Source of the DNA: Patescibacteria group bacterium
GTDB lineage: Bacteria; Patescibacteriota; Microgenomatia; UBA8517
NCBI GenBank assembly: GCA_025999275.1
Contig: AP024680.1
Coordinates: 180,728 to 244,727 of the forward strand
DNA length: 64,000 bases
Direction of reading: 5' to 3'
Below the pieces are notes generated by a model that searched no databases, was not told the origin of the DNA, and saw only the letters and a program-made list of their open reading frames with translations. Both the position numbers and the translations under genes were made by a program. This document shows positions 41,474 to 50,528 of this stretch, piece after piece; positions within the stretch are counted from its first letter, which is position 1; each line of letters begins with the position of its first letter.

Positions 41474-41782
41474 ATGCCAGCAGGAAGATTGAGGGTTAAG
41501 CTCAAAAGTTATGACTATCGAGTCATAGACGAAGCGGCAGCTAAAATTTTAGATGTCGCTATTGCTACTGGTGCTAAAATAGTTGGCCCAATTCCCCTTC
41601 CCACTAAAAGAAGTGTTGTTTCTGTATTAAGGTCTCCTTTTACTGACAAAGATTCGCAAGAGCATTTTGAGGTTCTAGTTCATAAAAGATTAATTGAGAT
41701 TCATGATCCTTCTGAGAGAACAATTGACTCTCTTTCTAACCTCGAGCTTCCGGCAGGAGTCTCAATTGAAATTAAGATGTAA
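41474..41782 (+). CDS. rpsJ: 30S ribosomal protein S10
   Basis: RLRVKLKSYDYRVIDEAAAKI...PIPLPTKR...VLRSPFTDKDSQEHFE. Confidence 0.95.
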   Translation: MPAGRLRVKLKSYDYRVIDEAAAKILDVAIATGAKIVGPIPLPTKRSVVSVLRSPFTDKDSQEHFEVLVHKRLIEIHDPSERTIDSLSNLELPAGVSIEIKM

Positions 41783-41834
41783 GTTAACAATTAACAGTTA
41801 ACTATTAACTATTAACTATTAACTATTAACCAAG
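41783..41834 (+). repeat. Tandem heptamer array of about 7 copies (TTAACAA/TTAACAG/TTAACTA x4/TTAACC) starting immediately after the rpsJ stop
   Basis: Direct reading: gTTAACAaTTAACAgTTAACTaTTAACTaTTAACTaTTAACTaTTAACc. Confidence 0.8.
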
Positions 41835-41946
41835 AAGTAGAAAGTAGTAAGGAAATTAATAGTTGGTGGGTAATTCTTAATAACTAACAAGATTGCTACC
41901 TACTTCTTTCTACTATATCTAACTTCTACTCTTCTACTCTCTCCCC
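41835..41946 (+). repeat. Strand-asymmetric low-complexity block: purine-rich GAAGTAGAAAGTAG, then a pyrimidine-rich run with repeated (T)TCTAC units
   Basis: GAAGTAGAAAGTAGTAAGG ... CTACCTACTTCTTTCTACTATATCTAACTTCTACTCTTCTACTCTCTCCCCC. The two blocks are imperfect inverted complements about 45 nt apart. Confidence 0.6.
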
Positions 41947-41959
41947 CTTTTATTTGTTC

Positions 41960-41988
41960 TTGCCACTTTCTTTTGTTTTTGTTATAAT
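41960..41988 (+). promoter_or_regulatory. Promoter TTGCCA, 17-nt spacer, TATAAT in the rpsJ-rplC spacer
   Basis: TTGCCA at 41960-41965 and TATAAT at 41983-41988, 17 nt apart. Confidence 0.5.
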
Positions 41989-42047
41989 CTTACTATCGTG
42001 GATAAGGTTCGTCATTAGCCACGGTTTTGTTGTTTGCCTTTGGCAAT

Positions 42048-42071
42048 AGGCGCCTGAGGCGCCTTTTTTTT
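42048..42071 (+). terminator. Intrinsic terminator AGGCGCC-TGA-GGCGCCT plus T8, about 60 nt downstream of the promoter and about 50 nt upstream of rplC (attenuator or small-RNA terminator)
   Basis: Perfect 7-bp GC-rich stem with a 3-nt loop and 8 T. Preceded by the smaller hairpins CGTGG...CCACG and TGCC-TTT-GGCA. Confidence 0.6.
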
Positions 42072-42123
42072 GTGCTTATATAGATTATATATGTTAAAAA
42101 CAATTTTATCGACAAAATCAGAA

Positions 42124-42834
42124 ATGAGTCAGATGTTTATTAAAGGTGTAAGAGTTCCTGTAACATGGATTAAAGCTGACAAATGCACTGTCAGTCAAAT
42201 TAAAAAAGGGGAAAAAGATGGCTATTTTGCAATTCAGCTTGCGTTTGGAGAGAAAAAGAAAAAAAATCTCAGCAAATCTGTTTTGGGTCATCTAAAATCT
42301 TTAATTAAGTCTGATAAAGCCCCAAAATTTATTAAGGAGATAAGATTAGATAAAGAGCCTGATTTAAAGGTGGGGGACAAGATTGATCCTTTTGAAATTT
42401 TTAAGGTTGGTGATCTTGTTTCTGTGACTGGAATTAGCAAAGGGAAAGGATTTGCTGGTGTGGTTAAAAGATGGAAGTTTGCTGGTGGTCCCAAAACACA
42501 TGGGCAGTCTGATAGGCATCGTGCTCCTGGTTCAATTGGTCAAAGGACGACACCTGGAAGAGTTTATAAGGGAAAGAGAATGGCTGGTAGGATGGGATCA
42601 CAAACTGTGACAGTTAAAAATCTGATAGTTGTTTCAATTGATAAAGAGAATGGTTTAATAGGCCTTTCTGGACCGGTTCCGGGAATAAAAGGTGGGCTTT
42701 TGACTGTTAAGAAGCTTGCCTCGGGCAAACTTTCTGAACTTACAACTGAGGGTCCTAGCGCACAGGTTGTGCAGACAGAAGAAGTTTCTCAAGAGGAAAA
42801 AGGGGAAGTTAAGAAAGAAGAAATTTCAAGTTAG
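42124..42834 (+). CDS. rplC: 50S ribosomal protein L3 (start uncertain; alternatives at 42091 and 42070)
   Basis: ...GKGFAGVVKRWKFAGGPKTHGQSDRHRAPGSIGQRTTPGRVYKGKRMAGRMG is a strong L3 core. The track's TTG at 42070 overlaps the terminator, so it is disfavoured. Confidence 0.85.
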   Translation: MSQMFIKGVRVPVTWIKADKCTVSQIKKGEKDGYFAIQLAFGEKKKKNLSKSVLGHLKSLIKSDKAPKFIKEIRLDKEPDLKVGDKIDPFEIFKVGDLVSVTGISKGKGFAGVVKRWKFAGGPKTHGQSDRHRAPGSIGQRTTPGRVYKGKRMAGRMGSQTVTVKNLIVVSIDKENGLIGLSGPVPGIKGGLLTVKKLASGKLSELTTEGPSAQVVQTEEVSQEEKGEVKKEEISS

Positions 42835-42836
42835 AT

Positions 42837-43487
42837 ATGAAAGTTAATTTGTTTTCATTAAAAGGCGAAGAAAAAGGTAAGGTAGAATTGTCTGATAAGT
42901 TATTTGAGAAAAGTCCGGAGGTTGTTTTATCACAGGCTCTTAGGTTTTATGAGTCTAATTTGCATAAAATCAGGCCTGTTAAAAAGACTCGTTCTGGTGT
43001 AAATATCTCGACCCGTAAGATTTATAGACAAAAAGGAACAGGGGGAGCAAGGCATGGTGCTAAATCTGCCCCAATTTTTGTTGGTGGGGGTCTGGCTCAT
43101 GGTCCTTCAGGTCTAAAGAGGCTTTTGAGACTACCCAAAATCTTTAAGAAAAAAGCCTTGTCTTTGGCTCTTTTATCAAAGCTAAAAGAAAATATGATTT
43201 TTGTTATAGAAGACTTATCTTTGTTGAAAAAAGCTAAAGATGGCTCTAAATTACTTAAAGTTTTGTCCAGTAAGGCTAATTTGCCTTTGGGAAAGATATT
43301 AATTGTCTTACCCAAAGAAACCAAGGTTTTAGGTTTGTCTAATCTTGAGGGAGTTAAAATAATTTCTTGGAAAAATCTTAATGCCTATGATGTTTATAAT
43401 TCTAAGGCATTAATCTTAGATTACAGTATTTTTGAAGAAAATAAAAATAAAAAGACTGTTTCAAAAGTAGTTAAAGAGAAAAAATGA
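42837..43487 (+). CDS. rplD: 50S ribosomal protein L4
   Basis: ...RQKGTGGARHGAKSAPIFVGGGLAHGP... Confidence 0.9.
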   Translation: MKVNLFSLKGEEKGKVELSDKLFEKSPEVVLSQALRFYESNLHKIRPVKKTRSGVNISTRKIYRQKGTGGARHGAKSAPIFVGGGLAHGPSGLKRLLRLPKIFKKKALSLALLSKLKENMIFVIEDLSLLKKAKDGSKLLKVLSSKANLPLGKILIVLPKETKVLGLSNLEGVKIISWKNLNAYDVYNSKALILDYSIFEENKNKKTVSKVVKEKK

Positions 43488-43762
43488 TTAAACTAAGGCC
43501 GGTTATAACAGAAAAGAGTTTAGTGGAAGCAAAAAGGGGTAATTACACCTTTAAAGTTGATGTGAAGATGAATAAAAGCGAGATTAAAAAGCTGGTTGAA
43601 AAAATCTTTAAAGTTAAGGTCTCAAAAATAAGGACTATAAATCATAAACCTGAAGTTAAGAAGAATTATTTGGGGAGAATAGTTAGAAAATCAGCTTTTA
43701 AGAAGGCTGTTGTTACTCTTTCAGGCAAAGATAAGATTGATCTTTTTGAAGAGAAAAAATGA
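43484..43762 (+). CDS. rplW: 50S ribosomal protein L23
   Basis: Position and size (92 aa); ...PVITEKSL...[26 protein letters not shown]... Confidence 0.85.
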   Translation: MIKLRPVITEKSLVEAKRGNYTFKVDVKMNKSEIKKLVEKIFKVKVSKIRTINHKPEVKKNYLGRIVRKSAFKKAVVTLSGKDKIDLFEEKK

Positions 43763-44511
43763 AAAAAATAAAGAAAATATTACCTAAAAAATCAGGAAGA
43801 AATTTCTCTGGCAAGATTACCGTCAGACACCAAGGAGGAAGAGTAAAAAGATTTTTAAGGGTGATAGATTTTAAACGAAGTAAGAGGGATGTAAAAGCAA
43901 GGGTAGAATCAATTGAATACGATCCAAACAGGAACGCGTTGGTGGCACTTTTGGTCTATCAAGATGGAGATAGGGGTTATATAATAGCGCCATCGGGATT
44001 AAAAGAGGGTGATATTGTTGTTGCCTCCGAGAATGCGCCTATTGAGCCAGGTAACGCTTTGCCTTTAGGCAAAATTCCAGTTGGGACAAAAGTTCATAAT
44101 ATAGAAATTAAGCCTGGCAAGGGTGGGCAGATGGTAAGGGGAGCTGGCCTTGCAGCGGTTGTTTTTGGGAGGGAGGAGAAGAATACTTTGGTTAAGCTGC
44201 CTTCGGGAGAGGTAAGAAGGTTTGATTCTGCCTGTTATGCTACTGTTGGGCAGGTTGGAAATGAGGACTTTAGAATGAGGAATTTGGGTAAAGCAGGAAG
44301 AAAAATAAGAATGGGCATAAGGCCAACTGTTAGAGGTGTGGCTCAGCATCCAGATTCTCACCCTCATGGAGGAGGAGAAGGGAGAAGCGGTGTTGGTATG
44401 AAATATCCTAAGACGCCTTATGGTAAGCCTGCAGTTGGCAAAACTAGGAAGAAGAGAAAATATTCTGATAAATTTATAGTTAAGCCAAGAAAGAGAGGTA
44501 AACACTCTTAA
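43759..44511 (+). CDS. rplB: 50S ribosomal protein L2
   Basis: ...[19 protein letters not shown]...[12 protein letters not shown]... and the HPHGGGEGR motif. Confidence 0.95.
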   Translation: MKKIKKILPKKSGRNFSGKITVRHQGGRVKRFLRVIDFKRSKRDVKARVESIEYDPNRNALVALLVYQDGDRGYIIAPSGLKEGDIVVASENAPIEPGNALPLGKIPVGTKVHNIEIKPGKGGQMVRGAGLAAVVFGREEKNTLVKLPSGEVRRFDSACYATVGQVGNEDFRMRNLGKAGRKIRMGIRPTVRGVAQHPDSHPHGGGEGRSGVGMKYPKTPYGKPAVGKTRKKRKYSDKFIVKPRKRGKHS

Positions 44512-44516
44512 TCAAT

Positions 44517-44798
44517 ATGTCAAGAAGTTCTAAAAAAGGTCCTTTTGTAGATAAGAACCTTCTCAAGAAGGTTGACTCTGGCATGGGAGACAAGAACAAT
44601 CCCATTAAAACTTGGGCGAGATCAAGCCAAATACCTCCTGAGTTTGTGGGCAAATATTTTAAGGTTCATAATGGCAGAATCTTTGTTGATGTTTTTGTAA
44701 CCGAGGATATGGTTGGGCATAGACTAGGAGAGTTTGCGCCTACCAGGACCTTCCGTGGTCATGGGCAGGTTGTTAAGAGGGTAATTGAAAAGACATAA
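44517..44798 (+). CDS. rpsS: 30S ribosomal protein S19
   Basis: [19 protein letters not shown]...[32 protein letters not shown]. Confidence 0.95.
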   Translation: MSRSSKKGPFVDKNLLKKVDSGMGDKNNPIKTWARSSQIPPEFVGKYFKVHNGRIFVDVFVTEDMVGHRLGEFAPTRTFRGHGQVVKRVIEKT

Positions 44799-44802
44799 AG
44801 TT

Positions 44803-45294
44803 ATGGAGTTTATAGCTGAACAAAAATATATAAGATTGTCACCTAAGAAAATTAGGCCAATTTTGGCTGAAGTTAAAAAACTTTCAGTTGAACAGGCTTT
44901 GCAAGTTTTACCTTTTGTTGCCAAAAGAGGTGCTTACTTTGTAGAAAAGGTGATAAAATCTGCTGTTGCCAATGCTCGACAAAAAGGAGTGGAGATAAGT
45001 AATTTGAAGATTAAGGAAATTGTGGCAAATGAAGGGCCGGTTTTGAAAAGAGGTCGTCCGGTTTCAAGAGGTCAGTGGCATCCTATTAAAAAGAGAATGA
45101 GTCATATTAGGGTTATTTTGTCATCGGCGGAAGAAGAAAAGACAGCAAAGGAAACAAAACCCAAGTTGCAAGATAAAGAGAAAGAGCCAGCAAGAGAAAA
45201 GAAAACTGTAGTTAAAAAAGAGTCTAATAAAGTGGCTAGCAAGAAAAGCTTGAGTAAGAAAGTTATAAGAAAGAGAAAGGAGGATAAGGCTTAA
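44803..45294 (+). CDS. rplV: 50S ribosomal protein L22 with a Lys-rich C-terminal extension
   Basis: MEFIAEQKYIRLSPKKIRPILAEVKK...VANEGPVLKRGRPVSRGQWHPIKKR. ATG at 44803, just after the rpsS stop. Confidence 0.9.
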   Translation: MEFIAEQKYIRLSPKKIRPILAEVKKLSVEQALQVLPFVAKRGAYFVEKVIKSAVANARQKGVEISNLKIKEIVANEGPVLKRGRPVSRGQWHPIKKRMSHIRVILSSAEEEKTAKETKPKLQDKEKEPAREKKTVVKKESNKVASKKSLSKKVIRKRKEDKA

Positions 45295-45296
45295 AA

Positions 45297-45947
45297 ATGG
45301 GACAAAAAGTAAATCCAATTAGTTTTAGGTTGGGCAATTTCTTGCCCTGGAAGTCTCGTTGGTTTTCTGAAGGGAAGGAATATAAGAAGTTTTTGCTTGA
45401 GGATATAAAAATTCGTCGTTTTCTTTTTGACAAGCTAAGAATGGCCGGAATTGTTGATGTTGAGATTGAAAGATTACCTAAAACAATGACAATTATTATA
45501 ACTGTTTCAAGGCCGGGTGTCGTTATTGGAAGGGGGGGTAGTGGTCTTGAAGAACTAAAAAAACAGGTTATTGATCTGATTTCAAAAAATGGTAAAAGTG
45601 TTAAGGACCTAAAGATTGACTTTAAGATAAATGAGACCAAAGATCCGGAGCTTTCTGCTTATTTAGTGGCAACTAGAATAGCTTCGGATTTGGAAAGAAG
45701 AATGCCACATCGTCGGGTTGTGACCAAGGCTATGGAGCGGGTTATGCAGGCTGGGGCACTTGGGGTAAAAGTAATTCTATCAGGAAGAATAGAAGGAGCT
45801 GATATCTCAAGAGTGGAAAAATTCCATCTGGGTTCTGTCCCAACACAAACTTTAAGAGAAAATATTGATTATGCTCAAGTTCCAGCTCTACCTAAGAAAG
45901 GTTATGTGGGAGTAAAGGTTTATATTCATAAAAAGAAAGAAAAATAA
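45297..45947 (+). CDS. rpsC: 30S ribosomal protein S3
   Basis: MGQKVNPISFRLG...KH domain...GALGVKVILSGRIEGADISR. Confidence 0.95.
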   Translation: MGQKVNPISFRLGNFLPWKSRWFSEGKEYKKFLLEDIKIRRFLFDKLRMAGIVDVEIERLPKTMTIIITVSRPGVVIGRGGSGLEELKKQVIDLISKNGKSVKDLKIDFKINETKDPELSAYLVATRIASDLERRMPHRRVVTKAMERVMQAGALGVKVILSGRIEGADISRVEKFHLGSVPTQTLRENIDYAQVPALPKKGYVGVKVYIHKKKEK

Positions 45948-45949
45948 AT

Positions 45950-46360
45950 ATGTTACAACCCAAAAGACGAAAATATAGAAAAGATTTTAGAGGCAGAAGA
46001 AAGGGTATTTCAACCCAAGCTTCTGAGATTGCATTTGGAGAATTTGCTTTGAAATCTTTGGGGAGAGGATGGCTAACAAGTAATCAGATTGAGGCAGGTA
46101 GAAGAGTAATTACGCATAGTATTAAAAGAGGTGGTAAAGTTTGGATTAGAGTATTTCCTGATAAACCTGTAACTGCAAGAGCTGCAGGACAGAGAATGGG
46201 TGGAGGAAAGGGTGATATAAGTCATTATGTGGCGGTAGTTAAACCGGGAAGAATTATTTATGAAGTTACAGGAATTCCTGAAGATGTGGTAAAAAGAGCT
46301 TTTGAAAAAGTTGCGGCCAAGATGCCTTTTAAAACAAAAATGATTAGAAAGGAAGAATAA
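45950..46360 (+). CDS. rplP: 50S ribosomal protein L16
   Basis: MLQPKRRKYRKDFRGRRKG... Confidence 0.95.
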   Translation: MLQPKRRKYRKDFRGRRKGISTQASEIAFGEFALKSLGRGWLTSNQIEAGRRVITHSIKRGGKVWIRVFPDKPVTARAAGQRMGGGKGDISHYVAVVKPGRIIYEVTGIPEDVVKRAFEKVAAKMPFKTKMIRKEE

Positions 46361-46362
46361 TT

Positions 46363-46587
46363 ATGAAAAAGAAAGATTTACAGCTTTTGAGAAAAAAACA
46401 GTTACCAGAAATAATTGCTCTAGTTCAAAAAAAGAAAGAGGAATTAATTTTTTCTTACGCAAAAATCAAAGCTGGTAAACTAAAAAATACAAGTGTTTTA
46501 AAAAATTTAAGGCGTGATATAGCACAAATCTTGACTTTGATAAAAGAAAAAGAGATATTTGAGAAGTCGTCTAAAAAAAAGGAATAA
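46363..46587 (+). CDS. rpmC: 50S ribosomal protein L29
   Basis: Position between L16 and S17; 74-aa helical protein. Confidence 0.8.
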   Translation: MKKKDLQLLRKKQLPEIIALVQKKKEELIFSYAKIKAGKLKNTSVLKNLRRDIAQILTLIKEKEIFEKSSKKKE

Positions 46588-46590
46588 AAT

Positions 46591-46905
46591 ATGAAAGTAT
46601 TTAGAGGAAAAGTTATTAGTAAAAAGATGGCCAAGACGGCAACTGTCTTAGTAGAAAGAGTTGTAACCCATCCTATTTATGGTAAAAAAATGAGAAGGGG
46701 TAAAAAGTATCAGGTTCACGACGAGTTAGGTGTTGAAGTTGGAAAGACGGTTTTATTTGTACCTTCTCGGCCATTTAGCCATCTAAAGAGATGGAAAATT
46801 GTTAAAGTCTTAGATAATAAAGATGAAAAGTCAAGACCTGAAAAGGTTGCTAGCAAGAAAAGAGATAAAGATAAAAGTGTTAGTAAGGAGGCTAAGAAGA
46901 AATGA
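46591..46905 (+). CDS. rpsQ: 30S ribosomal protein S17 with a Lys-rich C-terminal extension
   Basis: ...FRGKVISKKMAKTATVLVERVVTHPIYGKKMRRGKKYQVHDE... Confidence 0.9.
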   Translation: MKVFRGKVISKKMAKTATVLVERVVTHPIYGKKMRRGKKYQVHDELGVEVGKTVLFVPSRPFSHLKRWKIVKVLDNKDEKSRPEKVASKKRDKDKSVSKEAKKK

Positions 46906-47267
46906 TTCAATTAAGAAGTATTTTAAAACCAGCAGATAATTCGGGTGCCAAAAGACTGATGGTTATTGGCATGTCCTCCAAGATTGGAAGAAAAGCCACA
47001 ATTGGAGATGTCGTTAACTGTGTGGTTAAAGGAGCAGATCCTGCAGGTATAGTTTCAGATAAAGAAAAAGTAAGAGTTTTAATAGTTAGAACTAAGAAAG
47101 AAATAAGAAGAAGAGATGGAACATACATAAGATTTGATGATAACGCAGGTGTAATAATAGATAAACAAGGTTTGCCAAGAGGTACTAGAATATTAGGTCC
47201 GATAGCTAAGGAAATAAAAGATTTGGGTTATACAAAGATTGCCTCTTTGGCACGTGAGGTTGTTTAA
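46902..47267 (+). CDS. rplN: 50S ribosomal protein L14
   Basis: MIQLRSILKPADNSGAKRLMVIG... Confidence 0.95.
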   Translation: MIQLRSILKPADNSGAKRLMVIGMSSKIGRKATIGDVVNCVVKGADPAGIVSDKEKVRVLIVRTKKEIRRRDGTYIRFDDNAGVIIDKQGLPRGTRILGPIAKEIKDLGYTKIASLAREVV

Positions 47268-47272
47268 AAGCT

Positions 47273-47584
47273 ATGACTTTGAAATTTAGATTAAAAGATA
47301 AAGTTAGGATAATATCCGGTAAAGATAAGGGCCGGGAGGGTGAGATTGAGAAAATATTTCCTAAAGAAGGAAAAGCTATTGTAACAGGGGTAAATCTTTA
47401 TAAAAGGCATTTTAAGGGTGGTGGGGAGCAAAAAGCAGGTATTTATGAGGTTCCAAGGCCACTACCCTTTTCTAAACTAGCTTTGATTTGTCCAAAATGT
47501 AATAAAGCAACAAGAGTTGGTTTTAAGTTGGTAGCAAATGAAAAATACAGGTTTTGTAAAAAATGTAAAAGTAAAATTGATTAA
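47273..47584 (+). CDS. rplX: 50S ribosomal protein L24 with a C-terminal CxxC...CxxC zinc ribbon
   Basis: KOW motif (RLKDKVRIISGKDKGREGEI). C-terminal CPKCNK...CKKCK. Confidence 0.9.
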   Translation: MTLKFRLKDKVRIISGKDKGREGEIEKIFPKEGKAIVTGVNLYKRHFKGGGEQKAGIYEVPRPLPFSKLALICPKCNKATRVGFKLVANEKYRFCKKCKSKID

Positions 47585-47586
47585 AT

Positions 47587-48132
47587 ATGCTAAACATTGA
47601 AGAGAAATACAAAAACGAAGTTGTTAAAAAGTTAATGGAGGAATTTGAAATTAAAAATCCTTTGGCCGTGCCTTCAATTGAGAAAGTTGTAGTTAATGTG
47701 GGAGCAGGTGAAGCTATTAAAAACAAGGATATAATAGATTCTTGGTCGAGAGATTTAGCAACTATAACTGGGCAAAAGCCTTCGGTAAGGAAGGCTAGAA
47801 TCTCAGTTTCAGCTTTTGGAGTAAGAAAAGGTGCACCGGTTGGTCTTAAATGTACCTTAAGGGGCAAGAGGGCTTTTAGCTTTTTAGAAAGGCTTTTTGC
47901 GATAGTTTTGCCCAGGCTTAATGATTTTAGGGGGGTTCCTATTGATTCTTTTGATAGGGAGGGAAATTATACTTTAGGTTTGTCTGATTTTACTATTTTT
48001 CCAGAGATCGATGTTTCCAAAGTTACCAAACCTTTTGGACTAGAGATTACAATTGTGACGACAACCAAAAATAAGGAAATGTCCAAAAGGCTTTTAGAAC
48101 TTTTGGGAATGCCTTTTGAGAAGAAAAATTAA
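47587..48132 (+). CDS. rplE: 50S ribosomal protein L5
   Basis: ...[10 protein letters not shown]...[34 protein letters not shown]... Confidence 0.95.
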   Translation: MLNIEEKYKNEVVKKLMEEFEIKNPLAVPSIEKVVVNVGAGEAIKNKDIIDSWSRDLATITGQKPSVRKARISVSAFGVRKGAPVGLKCTLRGKRAFSFLERLFAIVLPRLNDFRGVPIDSFDREGNYTLGLSDFTIFPEIDVSKVTKPFGLEITIVTTTKNKEMSKRLLELLGMPFEKKN

Positions 48133-48137
48133 AATAT

Positions 48138-48323
48138 ATGGCAACTACGGCAAAAGAAGTTAGAGAGAAGAAAAAACTAAAGTACAAGGTTCGTTATAGG
48201 AACCGTTGCAGTTTATGTGGAAGACAGCAAGGTTATATGAGAAAATATGGTCTTTGCAGACTTTGCTTTAGAGAGGAGGCAGTTAAAGGGAATATCCCTG
48301 GAGTTAAAAAGGCAAGCTGGTAG
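48138..48323 (+). CDS. rpsN: 30S ribosomal protein S14, type Z (zinc-binding)
   Basis: 61 aa with CSLCGR...CRLCFRE. Confidence 0.9.
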   Translation: MATTAKEVREKKKLKYKVRYRNRCSLCGRQQGYMRKYGLCRLCFREEAVKGNIPGVKKASW

Positions 48324-48327
48324 GCAT

Positions 48328-48711
48328 ATGAAACAAACTAATTACATAGTCGGAAATTTCTTGATAATTCTTAAAAATGCCGTTTTGGCTGGTAAGAAAA
48401 CTGTTAGGGTTGGAAAAACTAAGATGGTTAAATCTGTGGCAGAGGTTCTTAAGAGACTTGGATTTATTTCTGAAATTAAAGAGACAGATGGTTATCTTGA
48501 AATCTCTTTAGCTTATAAGAATAAGTCGCCCATATTGACTGATATTAAGCTGGTTTCAAAACCAGGTCTTAGGGTTTATTGGGATCTTAAGAAGATTAAA
48601 GATTTTCACTCTCGTTATATTCTAATAATTTCGACTCCCAAAGGGGTTATATCATCTAAGGAAGCCTTGAAAGAGGGCTTGGGAGGAGAGGTTATCGCTA
48701 AGGTATTGTAA
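48328..48711 (+). CDS. rpsH: 30S ribosomal protein S8
   Basis: MKQTNYIVGNFLIILKNAVLAGKKTVRV...STPKGVISSKEA. ATG at 48328; the track's longer ORF starts inside rpsN. Confidence 0.9.
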   Translation: MKQTNYIVGNFLIILKNAVLAGKKTVRVGKTKMVKSVAEVLKRLGFISEIKETDGYLEISLAYKNKSPILTDIKLVSKPGLRVYWDLKKIKDFHSRYILIISTPKGVISSKEALKEGLGGEVIAKVL

Positions 48712-48715
48712 AGCT

Positions 48716-49258
48716 ATGAGTAAAATTGGAAAACAACCAATAGAATTGCCTGAAGGAGTAACTGTTGAGTTAGGCAGAAAGAAAATAAAAGTCTCAGGTC
48801 CAAAGGGAACCTTGGAGAAAATTTTGCCTGATAAATTACAGGTTGTTTTGGATGATAAAAAAATAATAATTAAAAAAGTCTCGGATGGCGAGATGGCAAA
48901 TATGCTATATGGCACTTTTAGATCCTTAATCTTTAATATGGTTAAGGGAGTGGTTGAGGGTTGGAACAAACAGCTTGAATTGGTGGGAACAGGATATAGA
49001 GCCGAAATTTCAAATGGGAAGCTTGTTATGAACATCGGCTTTTCTCATCCTGTGGAGATTAATCCGCCGGAGGGTATTTCTTTTAAGGTGGAGAAAAATA
49101 TTATTTCAGTTGAGGGTGTTGATAAGGAGAAAGTGGGCCAGATTGCAGCTAAGATTAGAGCTGTTAGGCCGCCCGAGCCTTATAAGGGTAAGGGGATAAA
49201 ATATGTTGATGAGGTAATAAGGAGAAAAGCAGGTAAGGCTGCTAAGGCCCAAGCTTAA
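48716..49258 (+). CDS. rplF: 50S ribosomal protein L6
   Basis: [35 protein letters not shown]... Confidence 0.95.
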   Translation: MSKIGKQPIELPEGVTVELGRKKIKVSGPKGTLEKILPDKLQVVLDDKKIIIKKVSDGEMANMLYGTFRSLIFNMVKGVVEGWNKQLELVGTGYRAEISNGKLVMNIGFSHPVEINPPEGISFKVEKNIISVEGVDKEKVGQIAAKIRAVRPPEPYKGKGIKYVDEVIRRKAGKAAKAQA

Positions 49259-49259
49259 A

Positions 49260-49583
49260 ATGATTATGAAGAAGGATAATAAACAAATAATTAAAAATAA
49301 AGAAAAAGATAAAAGGCTGAGGTTGGTCGTGTCACGTTCCAACAGGAACATATTTGCTCAGATTGTTGATGATACTGGTAAGACTTTATTGGGCATGTCA
49401 ACTTTGAGTATAAAGGGCAAAAATACTAAGAAAGAGGCGTCTTTCAAATTGGGGGAACTTATGGCCAAAGAAGCATTGAAGAAAAAGATAAAAAAGATTG
49501 CGTTTGATAGGAATGGTTATCGTTATCACGGCCGAATTAAAGCTTTAGCTGAAGGATTAAGGAAAGGAGGTTTGGAATTTTAA
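49260..49583 (+). CDS. rplR: 50S ribosomal protein L18
   Basis: ...[31 protein letters not shown]... and C-terminal ...[19 protein letters not shown]. Position between L6 and S5. Confidence 0.9.
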   Translation: MIMKKDNKQIIKNKEKDKRLRLVVSRSNRNIFAQIVDDTGKTLLGMSTLSIKGKNTKKEASFKLGELMAKEALKKKIKKIAFDRNGYRYHGRIKALAEGLRKGGLEF

Positions 49584-49584
49584 A

Positions 49585-50073
49585 ATGGTAGACATTGATA
49601 TCAAAAAGGAACTAGTTGAAGAGGGTTTTCAAGAGATGTCTGAGACCGTGATTGAAATTAGGAGGATCTCAAAGAAAACTAAAGGTGGGAATCAAATAAG
49701 ATTTTCTGCTTTGGTTGTTGTTGGAGATAAAAAGGGTAAAGTTGGTGTTGGTTTGGCAAAAGCATCAGATGTAAGGGGCGCAATTAACAAAGCTTTTGAA
49801 GCAGCTAAAAAGAGAATGATTAAAGTTCCTTTGTCTGGTACTACTATTCCTTTTGGGGTTTCTCAGAAATATTCTGCTGCTAAGATCCTTCTTAAGCCAG
49901 CTCCACCTGGTTCAGGTATCATTGCGGGAGGAGCTATAAGGGTGGTCTTGGATGCTGCTGGAGTTAAAGATGCTGTAGGTAAAATACTTGGAACCAAAAA
50001 CAAGATTTCCAATGTTTATGCTACTATTGAAGCTCTGAGGACTTTAGCGGATCTTGTATCCAAAAGGAGTTAA
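49585..50073 (+). CDS. rpsE: 30S ribosomal protein S5
   Basis: ...VIEIRRISKKTKGGNQIRFSALVVVGDKKGKVGVGLAKASDVRGAINKA... Confidence 0.95.
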   Translation: MVDIDIKKELVEEGFQEMSETVIEIRRISKKTKGGNQIRFSALVVVGDKKGKVGVGLAKASDVRGAINKAFEAAKKRMIKVPLSGTTIPFGVSQKYSAAKILLKPAPPGSGIIAGGAIRVVLDAAGVKDAVGKILGTKNKISNVYATIEALRTLADLVSKRS

Positions 50074-50081
50074 AATGAATT

Positions 50082-50522
50082 ATGATTACAAGGATAAAAT
50101 TGGTTGAAAAAAGAAAGAAAAGAATTGGTAGAGGTTATGGAAGTGGTAAGGGTGGCCACACTGTTGGTCGTGGCCAGAAAGGGCAAAAGACAAGAGGAAA
50201 AATTGGGGTTGTATTTGAAGGTTTTAAAGTTAAAAAGTCTTTTATAAAAAGGCTTCCCTTTTTGCGCGGCAAGGGAAGATTGTCTCCTCGGATTAAACCT
50301 GTTGTAGTTAAAATAGGTTCTCTTAACAAGTTGACTGAAGGTTCTGTTGTAGATGCTAGCCTTCTTGTCAAGGAAAAATTAGTTAAAGCTTCCGATGCTA
50401 AAAAAAGAGGAATAAAGATAGTTGGAGGGGGTAAACTTGAGAAAAATTTGACTATTAAACTGCCTGTCTCAGATTCTGTCTTAAAACAGGTAGAATCTCT
50501 TGGAGGTAAAGTGGAAGTTTAA
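50082..50522 (+). CDS. rplO: 50S ribosomal protein L15, directly after S5 with no L30 gene in the 8-nt spacer
   Basis: MITRIKLVEKRKKRIGRGYGSGKGGHTVGRGQKGQKTRGK... Confidence 0.95.
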   Translation: MITRIKLVEKRKKRIGRGYGSGKGGHTVGRGQKGQKTRGKIGVVFEGFKVKKSFIKRLPFLRGKGRLSPRIKPVVVKIGSLNKLTEGSVVDASLLVKEKLVKASDAKKRGIKIVGGGKLEKNLTIKLPVSDSVLKQVESLGGKVEV

Positions 50523-50528
50523 AAAAAG

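Noticed and set aside
41783-41834. CRISPR array as an explanation for the tandem repeats at 41783, 58282 and 10544
   Set aside because: The repeat units are 7 bp and directly abutting with no spacers. CRISPR repeats are 24-50 bp separated by similar-length unique spacers, and no cas genes are present.
42070-42123. Longer rplC reading frame starting at TTG 42070 (and similar upstream TTG/GTG starts for hrcA 4247, dnaJ 9572, infB 11764, rpsO 14150, alaS 23177, rpoB 29774, rpoC 33189, tuf 40227, rplV 44785, rpsH 48247, infA 53229, rpsM 53572, recA 58322)
   Set aside because: The extensions add residues that do not align with conserved N-termini. They often overlap the preceding gene or a terminator, whereas an in-frame ATG with better spacing to the upstream stop or RBS is available.
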